The notes below the pieces were generated by a model. That model ran no database searches. It saw only the letters and a program-made list of their open reading frames with translations, and had not been told where the DNA came from. DNA of 55,615 nt, counting the filler, from Thelocarpon superellum (Eukaryota), in assembly GCA_026025795.1 (NCBI GenBank). It is 2 parts of 2 records of this genome, joined end to end, with 100 filler letters (N's around TTAATTAATTAA, not from the genome) between each part and the next. Parts side by side here need not be neighbours in the genome. Positions count along the whole stretch, not along the records: positions 27,948 to 55,615 come from JAPEUG010000242.1; 1 more part is not named here. One strand, given 5' to 3'. How positions within the stretch are numbered: the stretch's first letter is position 1; each line of letters begins with the position of its first letter. The position numbers and the translations under genes are program-made. This document shows positions 35,391-46,860 of the stretch, piece after piece.

Positions 35391-37007
35391 ATGTTCGCCG
35401 CCTCTCCCTCCCTGTCTCCCGTCGTCCACGCTGTCCCCGCCGCTCCTTCCTCGACCCTCTACCCGTCACGGTATCGTGGTGCGGAGCAGCATCACCAGGC
35501 TCGACCACTACCTTCTTCCCAATCGCAACAGGCCCCGGCCTCGCTCGCATCGCGCGTGTCCGCGTCAAGCGCTGTCCGCGACCGGTCCAGCTCGCCTTCG
35601 GCCTTGGCAAATTCCGCACCAGCTCCGTCATCGTCATCCAAAGCACCCGTCCCGGCGACCACGTCGGTACCCGCCGGCCCGCCAGCGTCCGACACCGATG
35701 ACCCACCGCGGAGTGGAGGGAGAAAAAGGGAGGCCTCCGTGTCGGATCCCATGACGGGCGAGGCGCCACCGAGCGGCAACACCCCCTCACCCAGTCAGCC
35801 AGGTGGGCAAGCCCCCGGCGGCCCACCGTCGTCGCAAGGATCGGGCCCGGCTTCAATTGGCTCTGCCTCGTCCTCCTCCAAGCGAGCTCGACCCGAAGGG
35901 CCCGTGGTGAAAGTCCTCCCGGCGGCTTACGAACATTGCGACACGAAGGATCTGGTGGTGCTGATCGCAGACATGTTGATGGAGCTGGTTCGATTCAATG
36001 ACGAGATCCCGCTCAAGGACGGCCGGCTCACCCGCTTTCACTCGAGGTATGATGTGCACTCCTGATCTCGCTGATCACGACTCCGGACCAGACTGCTGAT
36101 CGTCGTCCACAGAGCACCTCCGACCATCTCGGTGATCGACTACCTGCAACGGCTGACCACGCACGCGGCGTTGTCGCCCCCAATCTTGCTATCAATGGTG
36201 TACTACATCGACCGCCTCTGCTCGCTTTACCCCGCCTTCATCATTTCGTCCCTGACAGTCCACCGCTTTCTGATCGTGTCCGCGACGGTGGCATCCAAGG
36301 GTCTCTCCGACTCCTTCTGGACCAATAGCACTTACGCCCGCGTCGGCGGCGTCAGCTTGCGCGAGCTGGCCCTCCTCGAGCTCGAGTTCCTCGATCGTGT
36401 GCAATGGCGGATTGTGCCCAAACCGGAAGTGCTAGTGGACTACTACAAGAGCCTGGCCGAGCGATCTTCGGCCTACGAAGTGGCGGAGACCAGCTCGGTC
36501 GAGGTCGTGATGAACGATGCGCCTTCTCGCCCCCGATCCCCGGTAGTATCCGCGTCACGGTCCGCCTCGGTCTCGCTCTCTGCATCTACCTCTCCCGCCA
36601 ACCTTGCCACCGCCGCTCCTGACAACATGCCTAAACCCCAGCTTTCACCTCTTGCGGGTCCTCGCCTACACGAAGGAGGTGGAGTGGCGCTCGGTGCATC
36701 AGGCACCTCTTCGTCCTCGCGCTCATTACCAGGCTCATCGTCCATAGCGGGAGGATCCAGAATCGAGGTCGGAGTTGGACGTGGTGCAGGCCAGAGTAAG
36801 GGAGATGGGAAGAGGGCAGGAGAGGACGCAGAGACGGGAGGACAGAGCTTGAGCGCAGCCTCCCGTCCTTCGTCACCTTCATCCTCACCCGCTTCCTCTT
36901 CTGCTTCTCCCTCGTCTGCAGCCCGGTCCTCATCCATCGTCATGTCCGCTTCCTCCTCGGCAGCGAAGCACGCCCACGCGAACGAGCCCACGTCACGAAA
37001 ACGATGA
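35391..37007 (+). CDS. PHO80: Pho80-family cyclin (Neurospora PREG-like negative regulator of phosphate acquisition); 1 intron
   Basis: DLVVLIADMLMELVRFND..LTRFHSR|APPTISVIDYLQRL..ILLSMVYYIDRL..SSLTVHRFLIVSATVASKGLSDSFWTNSTYARVGGVSLRELALLELEFL. Confidence 0.9.
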
Positions 37008-37430
37008 TGCTTTCATCCTGTCCCTCCATTACCCCTGCATATCCCCGGCGTCGGATCACACCGCTCGCAGACGTACAGCCACGAAGACGGAGAAGAGACA
37101 TAGATACGATCTGTCCTCAAGGACTCGTTCCCCTTCCTTTCCGTTTACTTTGCATCCACCACCTTCTCTTCCAAATAAGACTCAGGCCCTCATTCACGCG
37201 CATAGCTACATCGATACATGCACGAACAAGCAAAAGCAAAGCGAGAAGCTTTCTGCTGTTTTGGTCACGGCGGTGGGTTTGCTGCATCAGGGGAAGGCTT
37301 ATCGCTGTCAAGTTTGATCGCGCGGCTGTTCAATCATAGATGGCCTTGGTCTTTACTCCGTCTTGACTTGGTTTGATTGCTTGGTTAGGTGGACGATTTT
37401 CTCATGCTTGTGGTTGTAGATAGGAGACTT

Positions 37431-37511
37431 ACGAGCACGATCACGAGTACGATCACGATCACGATCACGAGCACGAGCACGATCACGATCATCATGAACA
37501 TGAACATGAAC
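37431..37511. repeat. Compound hexamer microsatellite (CACGAT/CACGAG)n followed by (CATGAA)n
   Basis: Directly visible between the convergent PHO80 and VTC stop codons. Confidence 0.8.
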
Positions 37512-37576
37512 GTACGATGCGTGGAATAAACACCTTCATCGCTTCCACTCCCTTCCGTTCCGTCCACCATCCGCAG

Positions 37577-40192
37577 CTACAATGCCTGCTGTGCCAGCCC
37601 CGCTCCCCCTATGCTCAACTCCATCACCTCCGTCGTGTTGTATCCCTCGTTAGGCCCTGGCCGGAGTCGCTCCATCACTGCGTTGTACTATGTGCCACAT
37701 GTCAGCTCAGCATTGAGATGCAACCTCGATCACGCAACATGAAAGGCAACGTGAAAAGCGATGGAAGGGAGCGTAAAGAGAAAGGGGGACAGAAAGAAGA
37801 AAGGGCTGGACCCACCTTGAAGCCGAAATTCAGACAGAGTGCCACCACGAGACTCAGGCAGACAATGACGGGCCCGAGGATGTTGTCAAAGTCCTTGCCG
37901 CTCCGCTGGCGGATCAACCGACTGCGTTGCATGTACATGGCCCAGCCCCACACGGCGGCAAAGACGGCCACGAGGGTGTACACGACGGCGAGGGTGCGCG
38001 CGACGTTGTTCCCGCGCCCCGCCGCGTTGTACAGCCCGAGCGACAGCGACGCCAGGAGAATCGAGACGTGCTGCCATTTGATAAAGGTGCGTTGGTTGGC
38101 GAGCCACACCTTCGCCTCGACGTTGACGGGTCCGGCGTCTTTGATCAACCTGCCGGGCTTGCGCACCCCCGGCGGCAGTTGCACGCTGCCGTATTGGTGC
38201 GCGCGGGCGTACTTGGACGTGGAGAAGGAGGGGAAGTACGCGGCAAGTCCACTGCGGCTGGATGGGAGGGCGGTCGTGCGTGGCTCGTCCTGGATCTCCA
38301 GTTCGGGCGGTTCCATCGACCCGTGCGAGTAGCGCTTGGACGTCGAAGGCGAGGCAGGAAATCCAGCGACGTCGAGGGCCTGGCTGGCTCGTCGGCCTTT
38401 ACTCGCGGGAGATCCTTCCATGCCGCGGAACATCGTGCTGGACTTGGACCCGACAAAGCTCCCCACGGTGAAGTCGTCTTCCGCCTTCTTGGCCTTCTTC
38501 TGCTCCTCTTCCCGAAAGGCTGTGCCGGGGTCTTTGCGGATGTCGCTATCCACCTCGCTGAGCCAGAAGGGGAAGCTGTTGACCTGGTCCTCGAATAGTT
38601 GCGCCGTGCCGTGCACGTACTTTGAGAAGCGCGGCGCCTCCTTGACCAGGTGCGACACCATGAGATCCAAGATCCACTCGTTGGAAGGGCTGGTCACACC
38701 ATCTCGAAGCTTGATCTCGAGCGACGCAAAAGGAAAGCGACTGATCTCTCCTTTCTCCACCGTGTCAAAGGGATACTCCATCTTGTTCTCGTCAATGTCG
38801 CGTCGATGCCACTCGGCCGGATTGCGACAGGGTTGCTCTTCGTCGAGCGCATCCTCCCGAATCAAGGCCAGATTGGTATCAAGCGCGATCCGGACCCGAT
38901 CATCGCCCGGAATCTGAAAGGCCGTTCGCGTGTAGTTGGCCCGGAGCACCGGCTGGAGACGCTTTTCCCTAATGAACCCTTGGATGTCCTTGAGCGTCTG
39001 TCGAAAATGCTCCACCGCCTCCTCCGTCTGGCCTTGACGATCTTGCACTTTCCTGACCGCCTTCTCCATCTTGTACTCGTTCTTGATGAAAGGCTGAATG
39101 TGTTTCTCCTTGATGGGGAAGCGCGTTTCTTCCACGCGCTCATCTTCTTGGATGCTCTCCTTCTCAAAGAAGATCTCGGGCTTGTCGCTCAACTGCCCAT
39201 GCCATCGGAGACGAAGCGACGACGAGCCCGGGACTCGGTCGATCTTCTGCGTGTAGAGGTCAAAGTCGGGATTGTCAAAATAGAGACAGGTGATGGTCGG
39301 GTCCTTGTTCGCCGGCCCTACCGCCTTAGCGTCCTGCGGGTTGTACACCAGGACCGGCAGGCGACGCAGGATCCGGATCTTGACCTCCAAGAGGTTGTCG
39401 GGGTGTACCCAGACTGTTGCGGTCAGTCTTGACCGAGTGGAAGGGTGTGAAATACTCACAGGTATGCGTCGTGTACCGTCTCGAGTCCACGTGCGTCTCC
39501 GAGGCCGACTGTACACTGTCTCGTCGAGGCCCTTCGACATTTTCCCTCACAAACGCATACATGGCCGACAGCCTGGAGGTCGTCTGGTCAGTCGGACACA
39601 CAGAGGAGGATTCGATCACATCATACCGATACAATAAAGGTGAGTAATCCTCGACGTTGAAGGGCAAGGCAGCCAAGCGGGCTTGCAGCAATGGCCTCAC
39701 GCGGTACCTGTGGCCGCGCTTCCGGTCGTGTTTCTTGGCTGCTTTGAACAAGCCGGTGAAGTTGATTCGGCTGAACTTTTCGAGCTCATTGGTCTCCCTG
39801 GTGATGTCGTCGAGTGCGGTGAGCACCTTTTGTAATTGCTCCTGCCGGCTCTGTCGCGGCTCCGACTGATCGGACTCCCCCAGTGCCACCATGTCTTCCA
39901 AGTCGTATTCGTATTTCGCCGTGCGCTCCCGGAGCTCTAGATAGGTATTGACCTGGAAGTCGTACACTTTGCCCAGCTGGACGTTGACCAGCTCGTCGAC
40001 AAAGGCTCCCTCGTCATCTTCCGTCCATTGGTCGGCCGTCTCCGACTCGGCCGGCGGGTTGGGGGACGTCGGCCAATCCTTGCGCTGATCGTTCTCCGTT
40101 TCTCGAAGTAGCTTCTTGAGCTTGCCATAGTCGACGTAGTGAGACTTCCATGGCGCGTAGACCGAGTCCTTCAAGTTTTGGCCAAAATGCAT
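37577..40192 (-). CDS. Vacuolar transporter chaperone subunit Vtc2/Vtc3 type (SPX + VTC + DUF202 TM domain); 3 introns
   Basis: SPX start MHFGQNLK..YVDYGKLKKLL, RINFTGLFKAAKKHD, FWVHPDNLLEVKIRILRRLPVLVY, LRLRWHG, YTRTAFQIPGDDRVRI, APRFSKYVHG, VEAKVWLANQRTFIKW plus 3 TM helices. Confidence 0.93.
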
Positions 40193-40588
40193 CGTGCGCG
40201 AGGCCCGGGGCGAAGGCGGGGCGGAGGGAGAGGGCGGGGAGCGGGGCCGCGGAGCGGATGCGGGGTCGGCTGGTCAGCTCTGCCGGTCTTTCTCGACCGT
40301 TGGAATCGCTCAGGTGAGCATTGAAGCGAGTGGCGTGCCTCAAGTGGACCCTGGGCTAAGAAGAATGAGGATGAGAAGCACGAAAGTCGAGATGGGTGGG
40401 ATTGAGAGACGAGGTTCAAAGACTGGCGTCGTCGGACAACGCCTGCGCTTCTGGTATGCAGCGGCACGAAACACCAGGCGACGCGGACATCGCCATCGAG
40501 CCCCACGAGATCCACTTCCTTCCGATTCATATCACAACCAGCTCCTGGATTCTACGACCAGTGCGCGGAATGCATGCTACATTGATGG

Positions 40589-41863
40589 TCACGCCAAGCT
40601 CTTCGGTCTCCGCCACCTCCGCCATCGCCAAAGTGCGTAGAAGAGACTGGATCCCGAAATGAGGCGCGCGAGCATCGCAGCGACGACGGCTCTCCGCAGC
40701 AGAGCCCAGTAGCCTTCTATCATAATCTCGATAGCACCGGACTGAGATCTACGGTCATGTTGGCCCGTGTCCTCGGACGCCTGGCGCTTCACCTCTGCCC
40801 ACTTGCGTGCGCGAAAGCTGTAGGTCGTGACCCACAAGACCAACTGAATATCCGGCCGGGTGAAGGTCGGATAGGACCATTGCTCGATGGCGTCGTGAGG
40901 CGGGAATAACTGCAACAAGTCGTTCACAATGCCAAAGGTCAGTCCCCACAGCAGGAGAGGTCGGGTCTTGGAGGTCGACTCTTGGCCCTTGCCGGACCAC
41001 CATACCCGTAGCTCCGCCGCCACGCTTGCGCCATCCGTTCGGACGGCAGTTCCGGACGAGGTAGGAGGCGGGTCCGGCATCACGTCGCTATACAAGCTCT
41101 CGCTGGGCGTCAGCTTTACTGCAGCGAAGAGCATGTAGCCGAGCATGGCCCGGAGCAACATCCGGGTGACGTAGGCTCCTCGTCGAGCCAGGCGCTCCGA
41201 GACGTCGGCATGCTCAAAGGTGCGCAAGGAGGGAGACAGCAGCGATCGTAAGGGCACCCAGTGCGCTGACTCGACCTCGGTCGGTTGGAGTCGCAGCGGA
41301 GGGATATCGTGACAGGTGAGAAGGAAGACAAAGGGACAGAGCACCATCAACCTGGACCAGATCAGCGTCGTCTTTGCCTCCACCACGCTCGAGACTCACG
41401 GTACCGTGCCCCACGACGTAGTCACCACCCGTTCCGGGAGACTGCCCACGTAGATGCATGACGCGGCCGTCAGGTCTAGTCCGACCTCCTCCCACGTCTC
41501 TCGCACCGCCGTGGCACGGTCATCTTCGTCCTGAGCGTCACGCTTCCCGCCGGGCAGTGCAACGTGACCGGTCCAGCGATCTCCCGGCCGCGCAGCTCGC
41601 CGGATGAACAGCACCTCGGAGACCCCATGCTGCACCCAGGACTGTGCAAAGAAGTCATCAAGTGATGCCACGCTCCCCACGTCTGTGGCCTGAGAGGGGA
41701 CCTTCGCCTCGGGCCAAAAGGCGTACTGTGGGCGAATCCGCACGCACAGCGCGACCGACGCCCGCTTATTGCAGTTGGGCGGGTTCTCTATCGTCGGGCA
41801 CGACGTTTTCTGGAGCTCCTGCAGCACACGATGGAGAGAGTCGACCATGCTCGACGGTATCAT
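40589..41863 (-). CDS. Nudix hydrolase, CoA-pyrophosphatase-like subfamily, with C-terminal hydrophobic tail; 1 intron
   Basis: RASVAL, EVLFIRRAARPGDRWTGHVALPGGKRDAQDEDDRATAVRETWEEVGLDL (Nudix box), QPTEVESAHWVPL, LLWGLTFGI. Confidence 0.88.
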
Positions 41864-42349
41864 GTGCGGAGTGCGTTCCGTGCAGGGCGGGGAAGAACAC
41901 GGGCGAGCAGGTTGATGCTCGCATCTTTCGACATCGGACAGCCAACCATGTGACACGGCAATCGACCTCCGATGAATCTGCTACATACCCGGGTTTTCTA
42001 TCACTCGCTCCCCACTAGCATCGTGGTGTCCAAGAGGCAGAATGAAGAGAAGATGATTGTCCGCTGCGTTTCTGCTTCTAACTCGGGTCGATCCTCGAAG
42101 GCCACACGCTCGACGACATATCTCGCCTTGGCTTCACGTCGCCTGGGACACCCTCCAAGTCTAATGGTCACATAGAAATCATGAAAGATCTGTTTTACTG
42201 GGAGCGCCCACCGCCTGGCTGCAGCGGCGCGCGGAGAGTAACGTCAGGAGGAACTTTCTCCCTTCCGTCGAGCGAGCAAAGGCAGACGGGCCCAAGGTGC
42301 GACATGCCCTGGTCGGATGGTGGAGTCGAGATAGCTGCCGATACAGAGG

Positions 42350-44609
42350 TCACGATGCTGCTTCTTTCATGACCTTGGATCTCAAGGGGAAGCTCTCCGA
42401 CTCCTGTGGCATGTCAGCCCCATCCTCGCCGGGGGTTCCATCTGGAGTGGACACGAACCTCGGCCTTTCGCTTCCCAAGAAGTGGAGTGGCGGCCAAGGG
42501 GCCGACGCCATCCTTGCTGGCTTCGGCGTGACAGCTCACATGATAGATGGTGTCGCCAATTCGCACGGCATCGATCCACACCCACTCCTGCGCTTCATCG
42601 TGCCATACGGGTTCGAACTTTTCTTGGCAGATCGGACATACGCGATTCACGGTGGACGTCTCGTCCGGCACCGCAATCCATTGCTTCTTTGCGACCGCCT
42701 TGGATGAGGCCTGACGCGCTCCGGCCGCGTCGGGCTCAGGCGACGCCGGTGTGTCGAGCTCCTCATCAGCGTCGCGAGATCTGATCCACTCCTACAGACG
42801 GCATCAACGACACGACCGATCCCGAGCCCCGACCGGGAATCGCCAACTTACCACTTCATCGACATACCAGCTACGATTCTGCCCGCGCTTAGCCGCGTCG
42901 GCCATGCGGAGGTTGACCTTGAAGTGCCAGTCCAGGTGCCGCGCTTTCTTGGCTCGGCCGGTTTCCGTCGGAGGAAAGCGGCGAGCACACAAGGTACACT
43001 GATTGGGCTGAGCCTCGTACAGCAAGGATATCAGATGAGGTCGAGCGCTATGCCAAGCTGTCAGTTACCATGCGTGGCCGGATGAGCCCGCGAGAGAGGA
43101 GGAGCGGGCATACATCTTGAGCGACGACGATGTCAACTCCACGTCGTGCGGGATGCTCGCCGCGGCGGAACCATGGTAGTCTGGAAGGGTCGAGTTGGGG
43201 AAATTGCCCAACATTGTACTGGCCGCCGCGCCGCCATATGCGGGAGGATTCGCGGGGGCACGGGGCGGAGGTGTGGCGACTGGTGGTAACATCCCGGCGG
43301 CGCGAAGCGAAGCCAAGAGCGAGCTCTCTCCGCCTGGCGCTGGCGCCGAAGCCGGGAGGGATGGGGGGATGAAGCTGAGAGGTTGCGAGGCGACCGGTCC
43401 GGGGCCCGAGGGTGGAGGATTCGACGGTGCCGGCGGGTTCACCGAGGCCAACAAAGCCGCCAAAGCATTCGGAGGGAACAGTGATGACATTGGCGGCTGC
43501 TCCGGTGGAGGTGCTGCTGGAGCTGCCATCTGCGCTGCTGGCTGTGGCTGGCTCCGGCCGGACGCGGATAACTGGGCCACTTGGTCCTTGATCATCCGTA
43601 CCTGCTCCGGCGGCAAGGACTGGCTCTGCAGTATGCTTTGGAGATCCAGTAGCGCCTTCAGCCGTTCCTGGATACCGGGATCGTAGGGGTTCATCGCGAA
43701 TTCGGTGCGTGCCGATGCGATCAGATTCTCAATGTCTTGGTTCAGGAGCTCGATGCCCGAAGGCGTCGCTGCGTAGCCACCTCCGGGCCTTACATAGGGC
43801 GCTCCGGCCTGATTCGCCGATGCGGGATAATGGCCCTGCGGGTGACCTCCGGGAAGACCGTATCCATTGGCGCCGGGGGGCGGACCGTAGGCGCCAATCG
43901 TTGCAGGTGCGGCGAAGGCGGGCTGCGGAGAGCGGATCGGGTTGGAGGCACGAGGATCCGATGGGCCCAGAGGGGGCGTCGAGGTGCCCCGCCACGGTAT
44001 GCCGGTGAGGCCGGACTGGATCTTGGCTTGTTGCTGCTGCAGCTGCACCGCGGCCGTGCGGGCTTTGATCAGCGCGTTTTCAATGTTGCGAGTCACATCG
44101 ACGGGGAAGACGGGTCGGGTATCGAGCGATCCGGGCACGGGCTCTTTCCATGTCTTCAGCATTTCCTCGAGCTTCTTGCGCACGGAGCCATCCACCAGGG
44201 TGTACGCATTCATGAAGGTCTGGTAGAGATTACGTCCAAAGAACAGGGTGTAAGGCGTGCCGACGTTCTTGACCACCGAGTCCAGGACGTACAGCGCCGG
44301 CAGTTTGCGGTTAGGAGGTGCCTGTGTGCGCCGTCAGTATGGATCCATTCTCCCGGTCGCACCCAACCCGGTCCCTCCCCGTCTCTTGTCCGAGTGTACG
44401 GAGGATGGTGGGAGGCGCGATCAAGGGTCGGAAGTCCTTACGGTGCGGATGTGATTCTCCAGGACTCTCGAGATGGCCAGCGCATGGTCCATGTTCTCCT
44501 TCGCGATGACGGTCAGATTGCTGATCTCGTAGCGTGAGTTGAGCGTCAGGTCCTCCAGCGAGTTCTTGTAGTCCTCCGCCACCTCATCCGAGGGTAAGCC
44601 GGTCGTCAT
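42350..44609 (-). CDS. PCF11: mRNA cleavage/termination factor Pcf11; 4 introns
   Basis: CID domain EDYKNSLEDLTLNSRYEISNLTVIAKE..|KLPALYVLDSVVKNVG; zinc fingers QCTLCARRF..HLDWHF and CPICQEKF..YHVSC; NRSWY. Confidence 0.93.
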
Positions 44610-45582
44610 GGTGGGCCGCTCCCACGACACTGTCGTGGATCTCCCGCGGGTCTGCCCGCGCCCTTGGATTGATGGGCCAACGCTCCGCCAGGAGCACTGG
44701 AGGCTGTCAGACGGGAAAGGGGGGGTAGGAGGGGCGCCACAGCTCCCTGGCGCTGCTGGGGGTGAGGCAGTCAAGGATCAATGCAGTGCTTCTTGAATCG
44801 TTGCTACCTATTGTCCAGAGCGAAGCACCAATATTCACAACATGCGCACAAGCCCCAGCCGTGAAGGAATCAATCCGTAGCCTTGCCCCCCCATTCTTGG
44901 CCCGCTCGCCGCAGGTCGGTCTGTCTTTGCCTCTTCCCCAGCACTGGCCAAAAGGGAGGCCCAGGTCTGGCCACGCAGCACCCCGGCCGACCACACGACA
45001 CTGGACCACCGAAGCAGCCAAGGCAGCCTTCGAGATGGGGAAAGGTGCCCGAGGAGACCGTGGCCGTGGCTAGACGTAGATATGGCAGAGTGAGTCGTTG
45101 CCCCCACGGCTGAGAGCTGGATCGATGGTCTTCGGAGGGAGTTAGCTGGTCAAGGTTTGCGTGGGACTCGGCTCGCCCACACATAATCTGTCTGGATGCT
45201 CCCCAAAGGCTCAAAGGCGGCAACTTCTCGCTTCTGGCGGCCACCACCACTGTACCCCCGTACCTTGCACCTTGGTACGGCTAGTAGCCGAGCGAGGCCA
45301 CCGGTAGATGCCTGGCTTGATGCTTGCTTCGTGGAGCTCCCTGCACGGTGTCTCGATTTGCAGGCGTCGATTATGTCAGCGGCTCATGCCACCCGCCCAG
45401 ACTCGTCAGGCTTTACGCCATGCGGCCCATGCCTGTCCCTCGTACCAGCGTCATCTCTCTCCCGCATGCAATTTCTCGGGGACCCTGAACACTCGCAGTC
45501 CCTGTAAGAGAGGTATATTCGGATGCTTTCATCAACCTAACGCCAGATAACCGCCCCCGTCGTACCACCGACCACGTCCAGC

Positions 45583-46049
45583 ATGCGCGTCGGTCTACTT
45601 TCAGTCTTGGTAGCGTCGGCTTTGATCGGAGTCGACGCTGCGAATCTGGTTCCTGTCATGGTCACGTACAATTCGGGCACCCCAGACTACGTTCTATCCA
45701 AGGCTGAAGCTACGATCAAGTCGGCGGTGCGTGCTGTCGGCGCATTCTTGGTTGAGATGCTTCTTCGTGCTGATCATGGTCTTTCAGGGAGGCCTTGTCG
45801 TCTCTTCCTTCAGTATGCTACTCCACTCCCGCATAAGATGACCCTCATGGACTGACTAACGGTAACAGCTCTCCTACGGTAAGCAGTGATCGAGCGGGGG
45901 GCGTCGAGAAGCCATTCGCCATGCTAAGGCGATCATCCAGGGGTTTCGCCGCAGAGATCCCAGAGGAGCTGATCGAGACGCTCCAAAACATGGGCAATCA
46001 ATTTGGCGTCACCGTGGAGCTCGATCAAGTGGTGCATACGAATGGCTAA
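45583..46049 (+). CDS. Small secreted subtilisin-propeptide-like protease inhibitor (I9 / POIA / Pbi2-like), ~95 aa, 4 exons
   Basis: Signal MRVGLLSVLVASALIGVDA, VMVTY..TPDYVLSKAEATIKSA|GGLVVSSF|TLLR|GFAAEIP..VTVELDQVVHTNG*; exons 45583-45726, 45788-45812, 45869-45878, 45941-46049. Confidence 0.85.
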
Positions 46050-46860
46050 GCTCCGATCGACAGAAGTGAGATACGACCAAGCGGGTGGGGCTTTCTAATG
46101 ACATCGGTGTGGATTGACTGGCAATCGGGAGCTGAGAATTGTATACCTATGGGGGAGACGCCGGCGTATAGCGTGGCGTTGTGCTCGGAAAGCTGTTGTC
46201 TGACCAGCGTCACACGGGAGTAACTTACGACGTACCTTTGTAATGCTGTAGCTGCCTATTTGCGAGGTCGACTGGCATCGACCGCAGTATTCTGTAGCGC
46301 TTTCAGGATGGTTGCTCTTCGGCGGGGCCAGGCCAGCCGTCCTAATGCTCTTCGTTGACGACGTGCTTTCATGGGTGAGATCCGCTGAGGTTTGACTCGG
46401 TGGCATAGCAACGTATTCGTTGGAACTTCCTCGCTCAGTAATTTATATGGGTATTGTGCCAGGCAGGCAGCAAGTGAATGGTGGGACAATTGGAACACAC
46501 GAGCCGCGCCGCGCCACGACGTGGCGTCTTCTCGAACCCCCCCTGTCAACGGAAGTGGTACCTATCTGCAGGCATGCCGCGTGCCTAGTGGCATGGCATG
46601 CATGATCGCCCATAGCACCTCCATTCATCCACAGCTCTCTACCCAATACAATCCCAAGTGCCTTGCTCGATCCGTCCGGCATCGATCTTGCCCTCAACCT
46701 ACCGGCTCTCACCACGCCTGGTCGCTCGTCGACGGAATCGGGACGCCACGCTACAATAAAGACCCTCCAAGTGGTCGATGGCGGCAATGACGAGGCCAAG
46801 AAGCTTATCACTCCGTGCGCGCGTCTGATTCACCTCACCCCCACCAACCCCCGAGCCAAG

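Noticed and set aside
37577..40192. Calling the VTC gene the catalytic VTC4
   Set aside because: The sequence around FWVHPDNLLEVKIRILRRLPVLVY and VEAKVWLANQRT matches the Vtc2/Vtc3 type.
40589..41863. Calling the Nudix gene DDP1 (polyP/InsP7 hydrolase) because it neighbours VTC
   Set aside because: The motif before the Nudix box (RAARPGDRWTGHVALPGG), the length and the hydrophobic tail fit the CoA-pyrophosphatase-like group instead.
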